A program made the translations under genes and the position numbers. The notes under the pieces were generated by a model. That model made no database searches and was not told the origin of the DNA. It saw nothing but the letters and a program-made list of their open reading frames with translations. A stretch of 64,000 nucleotides of DNA from assembly GCA_963825135.1 (NCBI GenBank), contig CAWGRW010000009.1, positions 800,001 through 864,000 of the forward strand. Reading direction: 5' to 3'. The DNA is from an uncultured bacterium. Lineage in GTDB: Bacteria > Desulfobacterota_D > UBA1144 > Nemesobacterales > UBA2774. Below, piece after piece: positions 61,455 to 64,000 of the stretch; position 1 is the stretch's first letter, and the number at the start of each line of letters is the position of its first letter.

Positions 61455-61922
61455 ATGGGTATATTCGAACATAAAAGAGGGGCAAAACCTCTAAAAACGG
61501 AAAGTAATCATTTCACCACGTCGATAGGTGAAAACTGCATCTTCGAAGGGAACATCTCGACATCCTCCTCAACCCGTATTGACGGCAAACTCATAGGAAA
61601 AATATCGGGCGAGAATACGCTGATAGTCGGGGAACGGGGAGTAATATTGGGAGAAATAAAGGCTTCGGGAATCATAGTCTACGGCAGAGTCGAAGGTATC
61701 ATAGATTCCGAGAAGCTCGAGATTAAAAGCACGGGTATCGTTACGGGGGACATATTCATCGATAAGCTTATAATTGAGGAAGGCGGTATATATAACGGCA
61801 GGTGCGGCATGAACGAGCACGTCGAACAATTGATGTCCGAGCCCGGCAATATCGAGTCGAAGAAGATTGCCGCCGACACGCATGATTCCGGGCCCTCCAC
61901 GATTAGAGCAAAGGAGCTCTGA
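61455..61922 (+). CDS. Bactofilin
   Basis: Beta-helix repeats (IGE..FEG, RIDG, V.GDI...L.IEEG); coupled to M23 gene. Confidence 0.9.
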   Translation: MGIFEHKRGAKPLKTESNHFTTSIGENCIFEGNISTSSSTRIDGKLIGKISGENTLIVGERGVILGEIKASGIIVYGRVEGIIDSEKLEIKSTGIVTGDIFIDKLIIEEGGIYNGRCGMNEHVEQLMSEPGNIESKKIAADTHDSGPSTIRAKEL

Positions 61923-61951
61923 TCGCTCTATCCGGAGTATCACTCATTAAT

Positions 61952-62578
61952 TCATAATATCCTTTCCACGTCTTTTGCAATTTCCTTCGGGTCCATTTTA
62001 CTCTGAGGGTATCTTAGAACAATACGGCCGTCGGGGTCTATCAGATAGACCGATGAAGTATGGCCCATCAGGTATCCCGGCTCTGAGCCGGTTTCCTCCT
62101 TGAGATAGAACACATGATAGGAGTCGGACATGTCTTTAATCTCTTCCGGCGTACCCGTGAGACCGATAAAGTCCTTGTTAAAATAAGTAACGTATTTCTT
62201 GAGCTCCGCCTGAGTGTCCCTTTCGGGGTCTACCGTGACGAAGAGGACCTGCACCCTGTCCCTATCTTTCCCGAGCTCGTTAATCACGCTGTTTAAAGTC
62301 GATAACGTGACGGGACAAATATCGGGACAGCGCGTATAACCGAAAAACATAAAAACGACCTTGCCCTTAAAATCTCCGAGCGTTACCTTCTGCCCGTCCT
62401 GACCGGTCAGCGCGAAGTCGGGCGCTTTCATGTCGTACGAGCTGCCATAGAAGCTCGACTTATTTTTAATCGAGAATATCTGGAATAAAATTACCGCCCA
62501 TGCAATGAGTATAAGGGACAGCACTATAACAGAAACGAACAGTATTTTTTTTCTCTTCATATCGGTCCGATTTATCAA
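61952..62578 (-). CDS. SCO family copper chaperone
   Basis: FGYTRCPDICP, DPERD, GHT; alternative ATG 62560. Confidence 0.93.
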   Translation of the reverse strand: MINRTDMKRKKILFVSVIVLSLILIAWAVILFQIFSIKNKSSFYGSSYDMKAPDFALTGQDGQKVTLGDFKGKVVFMFFGYTRCPDICPVTLSTLNSVINELGKDRDRVQVLFVTVDPERDTQAELKKYVTYFNKDFIGLTGTPEEIKDMSDSYHVFYLKEETGSEPGYLMGHTSSVYLIDPDGRIVLRYPQSKMDPKEIAKDVERIL

Positions 62579-62722
62579 GAGGTATGGGGCTTCATAAAAC
62601 GAAAAATATATTACCCGTTAAATAGTAAGCGCGCATGGCATGCTCGCTGCGCGCAGTATTCGAAAAGCCTACTGCTGCAGTGGAAGTTTATTCTTATACC
62701 GGGAATTCAAGGGTGCGTTATG

Positions 62723-62813
62723 AAAACAAAAGGGAATGCCCGGACCTTGTCGCGAGCATTCCCTTTTTAAAGGAGGATGGAGGATGACTTGTTAAGCCTT
62801 CTGTTTAAGATTA
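62723..62813 (-). ncRNA. Candidate anti-SD small RNA
   Basis: TTGACA(62848..62843)-17-TATTTT promoter, CAUCCUCCAUCCUCCUUU, then stem AAAAGGGAATGC/GCATTCCCTTTT and U-rich tail. Confidence 0.55.
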
Positions 62814-63134
62814 GTAATAAAAATAAAGTATTTTACTTAAGATGTCAAGGGGGTATTTTACAGTCATAAAAAATAGTTGTAACACCCCATTACGACACGA
62901 TAATTCAGCATGAAAAATCACTCCGTCCGGAAATAATTCCTTCGGATTATCGCTGTTAAAATCCAAGCGCTATTTCACCGGCCTCCGGCATAGCAGGTCT
63001 GCCGTGACCGTAAACCTTGAAAGTTAATCGACCCGTGATATATTTTTGCACTCTGGTGCGAGCTTGCCGGGGGACGTACCACACCGGAAATGGCGCGTCA
63101 TTATTACATAAGTCGGTATCCCGACTCATAGCCG

Positions 63135-63206
63135 GGCGACGTAGCTCAGGGGCAGAGCAGGGCTCTCATAAGGCCCGTGTCGGTGGTTCGATTCCACCCG
63201 TCGCCA
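63135..63206 (+). tRNA. tRNA with CAT anticodon (probably elongator Met; Ile2 not excluded); CCA not encoded
   Basis: Acceptor GGCGACG/CGTCGCC, D arm GCTC/GAGC, anticodon arm GGGCT-CTCATAA-GGCCC, T arm GGTGG-TTCGATT-CCACC. Confidence 0.93.
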
Positions 63207-63315
63207 CTCATATAAATCTGTTACTTACCACTAAAGTTTAACCGCGCCCTTCACGGGAAATTAATAATCCTCCGATACCATCATTTATACTCTTCGTTGT
63301 ATTTATGGTGATGGC

Positions 63316-64000
63316 ATGGAATCTCGAAATAAGCACGATAAGGCTCCGGAAATAGATATCGCGACCGAAGGTAATCTCGGCAAATCACAAAGAGAACTCC
63401 TGCGTTTGATCAAGCAGTTGAGCGGGATACGCGAGGAGATGCTATGCTTCGCCGAGCAGTCTAAAGACTCCTTGCGCAATCTACACCCCGCGTACAGAGA
63501 GAGCGCAAAAAATCTTCTTCATTATTTAGCTTTCAGGCGCCACGACCTGAGGGAGCTTCAGTCGGAGCTGGCGGAGCTCGGGCTCTCGTCGCTCGGCCGC
63601 TCCGAGTCGCACGTCCTGGCGACGATTGACGCGGTGCTTCTTACTTTATCCCGGCTCGCGGATTCCCCAGTTCAGATTCCCGACGACTTGGGGGACAAAC
63701 TAGATTTCAAAGCCGCGAGGCGTTTGCTGGATGAGCACACAGAGACGCTTCTGGGCCCCGTACCCGAGGGGCGGAACGTCCACATCATGGTGACGATGCC
63801 GAGCGAAGCCGCTCGGGATTACATACTCGTCCTCGGGCTCCTCGATAACGGCATGGACTGTATGCGTATCAATTGCGCTCACGACGACCCGGAGAAATGG
63901 TCCCTGATGATCGGGAACCTCAGCCGCGCGAGGGAGGAGACCGGGAAACACTGCATGGTAATCATGGACATACCCGGCCCCAAACTCCGTACGGGCCCGG
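63316..64000 (+). CDS. pyk: Pyruvate kinase with N-terminal extension (partial, runs off window)
   Basis: Not in ORF track. Hand translation: SAKNLLHYLAFRRHDL, GLSSLGRSESHV, IMVTMP, GMDCMRINCAHD, MDIPGPKLRTG. Confidence 0.88.
   Translation, partial: MESRNKHDKAPEIDIATEGNLGKSQRELLRLIKQLSGIREEMLCFAEQSKDSLRNLHPAYRESAKNLLHYLAFRRHDLRELQSELAELGLSSLGRSESHVLATIDAVLLTLSRLADSPVQIPDDLGDKLDFKAARRLLDEHTETLLGPVPEGRNVHIMVTMPSEAARDYILVLGLLDNGMDCMRINCAHDDPEKWSLMIGNLSRAREETGKHCMVIMDIPGPKLRTGP

Noticed and set aside
63135..63206. Initiator tRNA, or integration site of a mobile element
   Set aside because: G1-C72 is paired and the initiator's three G-C pairs next to the anticodon loop are absent; no integrase or duplicated 3' end seen
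1..64000. CRISPR arrays, transposases, prophage genes, DnaA-box clusters
   Set aside because: None found on reading; short or degenerate elements could have been missed without computation

Overview
Gene-dense bacterial chromosome segment from a diderm (lolA, type IV pilus genes). Gene content suggests a Desulfobacterota-related lineage such as Ca. Dadabacteria; that is inference only. Most of it is housekeeping: class II ribonucleotide reductase with tandem NrdR boxes, a sigma-70 paralog, Mn-type SOD, rrf2-sufBCD-Rieske, ilvD, cofE, metG/holB/tmk, nuoABCD plus a detached nuoN, ftsK-lolA, tusA-cysM-mec-moeB, purSQ, parAB, M23-bactofilin, a CAT-anticodon tRNA and a partial pyruvate kinase. I saw no CRISPR array, IS element or prophage. 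Main points of interest: (1) a tandem pair of SLOG-domain genes at the left edge, one with intact motifs (missed by the ORF track) and one with degenerate motifs fused to SLATT-like membrane hairpins, a candidate nucleotide-gated membrane-effector system; (2) two candidate anti-Shine-Dalgarno small RNAs; (3) a four-unit, 11-bp-period Pho-box-like array in front of both one sRNA candidate and a PlcP-like phosphoesterase; (4) a sigma-54 minor-pilin operon whose ~1,640-aa Cys-rich vWA PilY1 is split by one extra base; (5) several apparently leaderless genes. All family calls come from motif recognition by eye; no searches were run.
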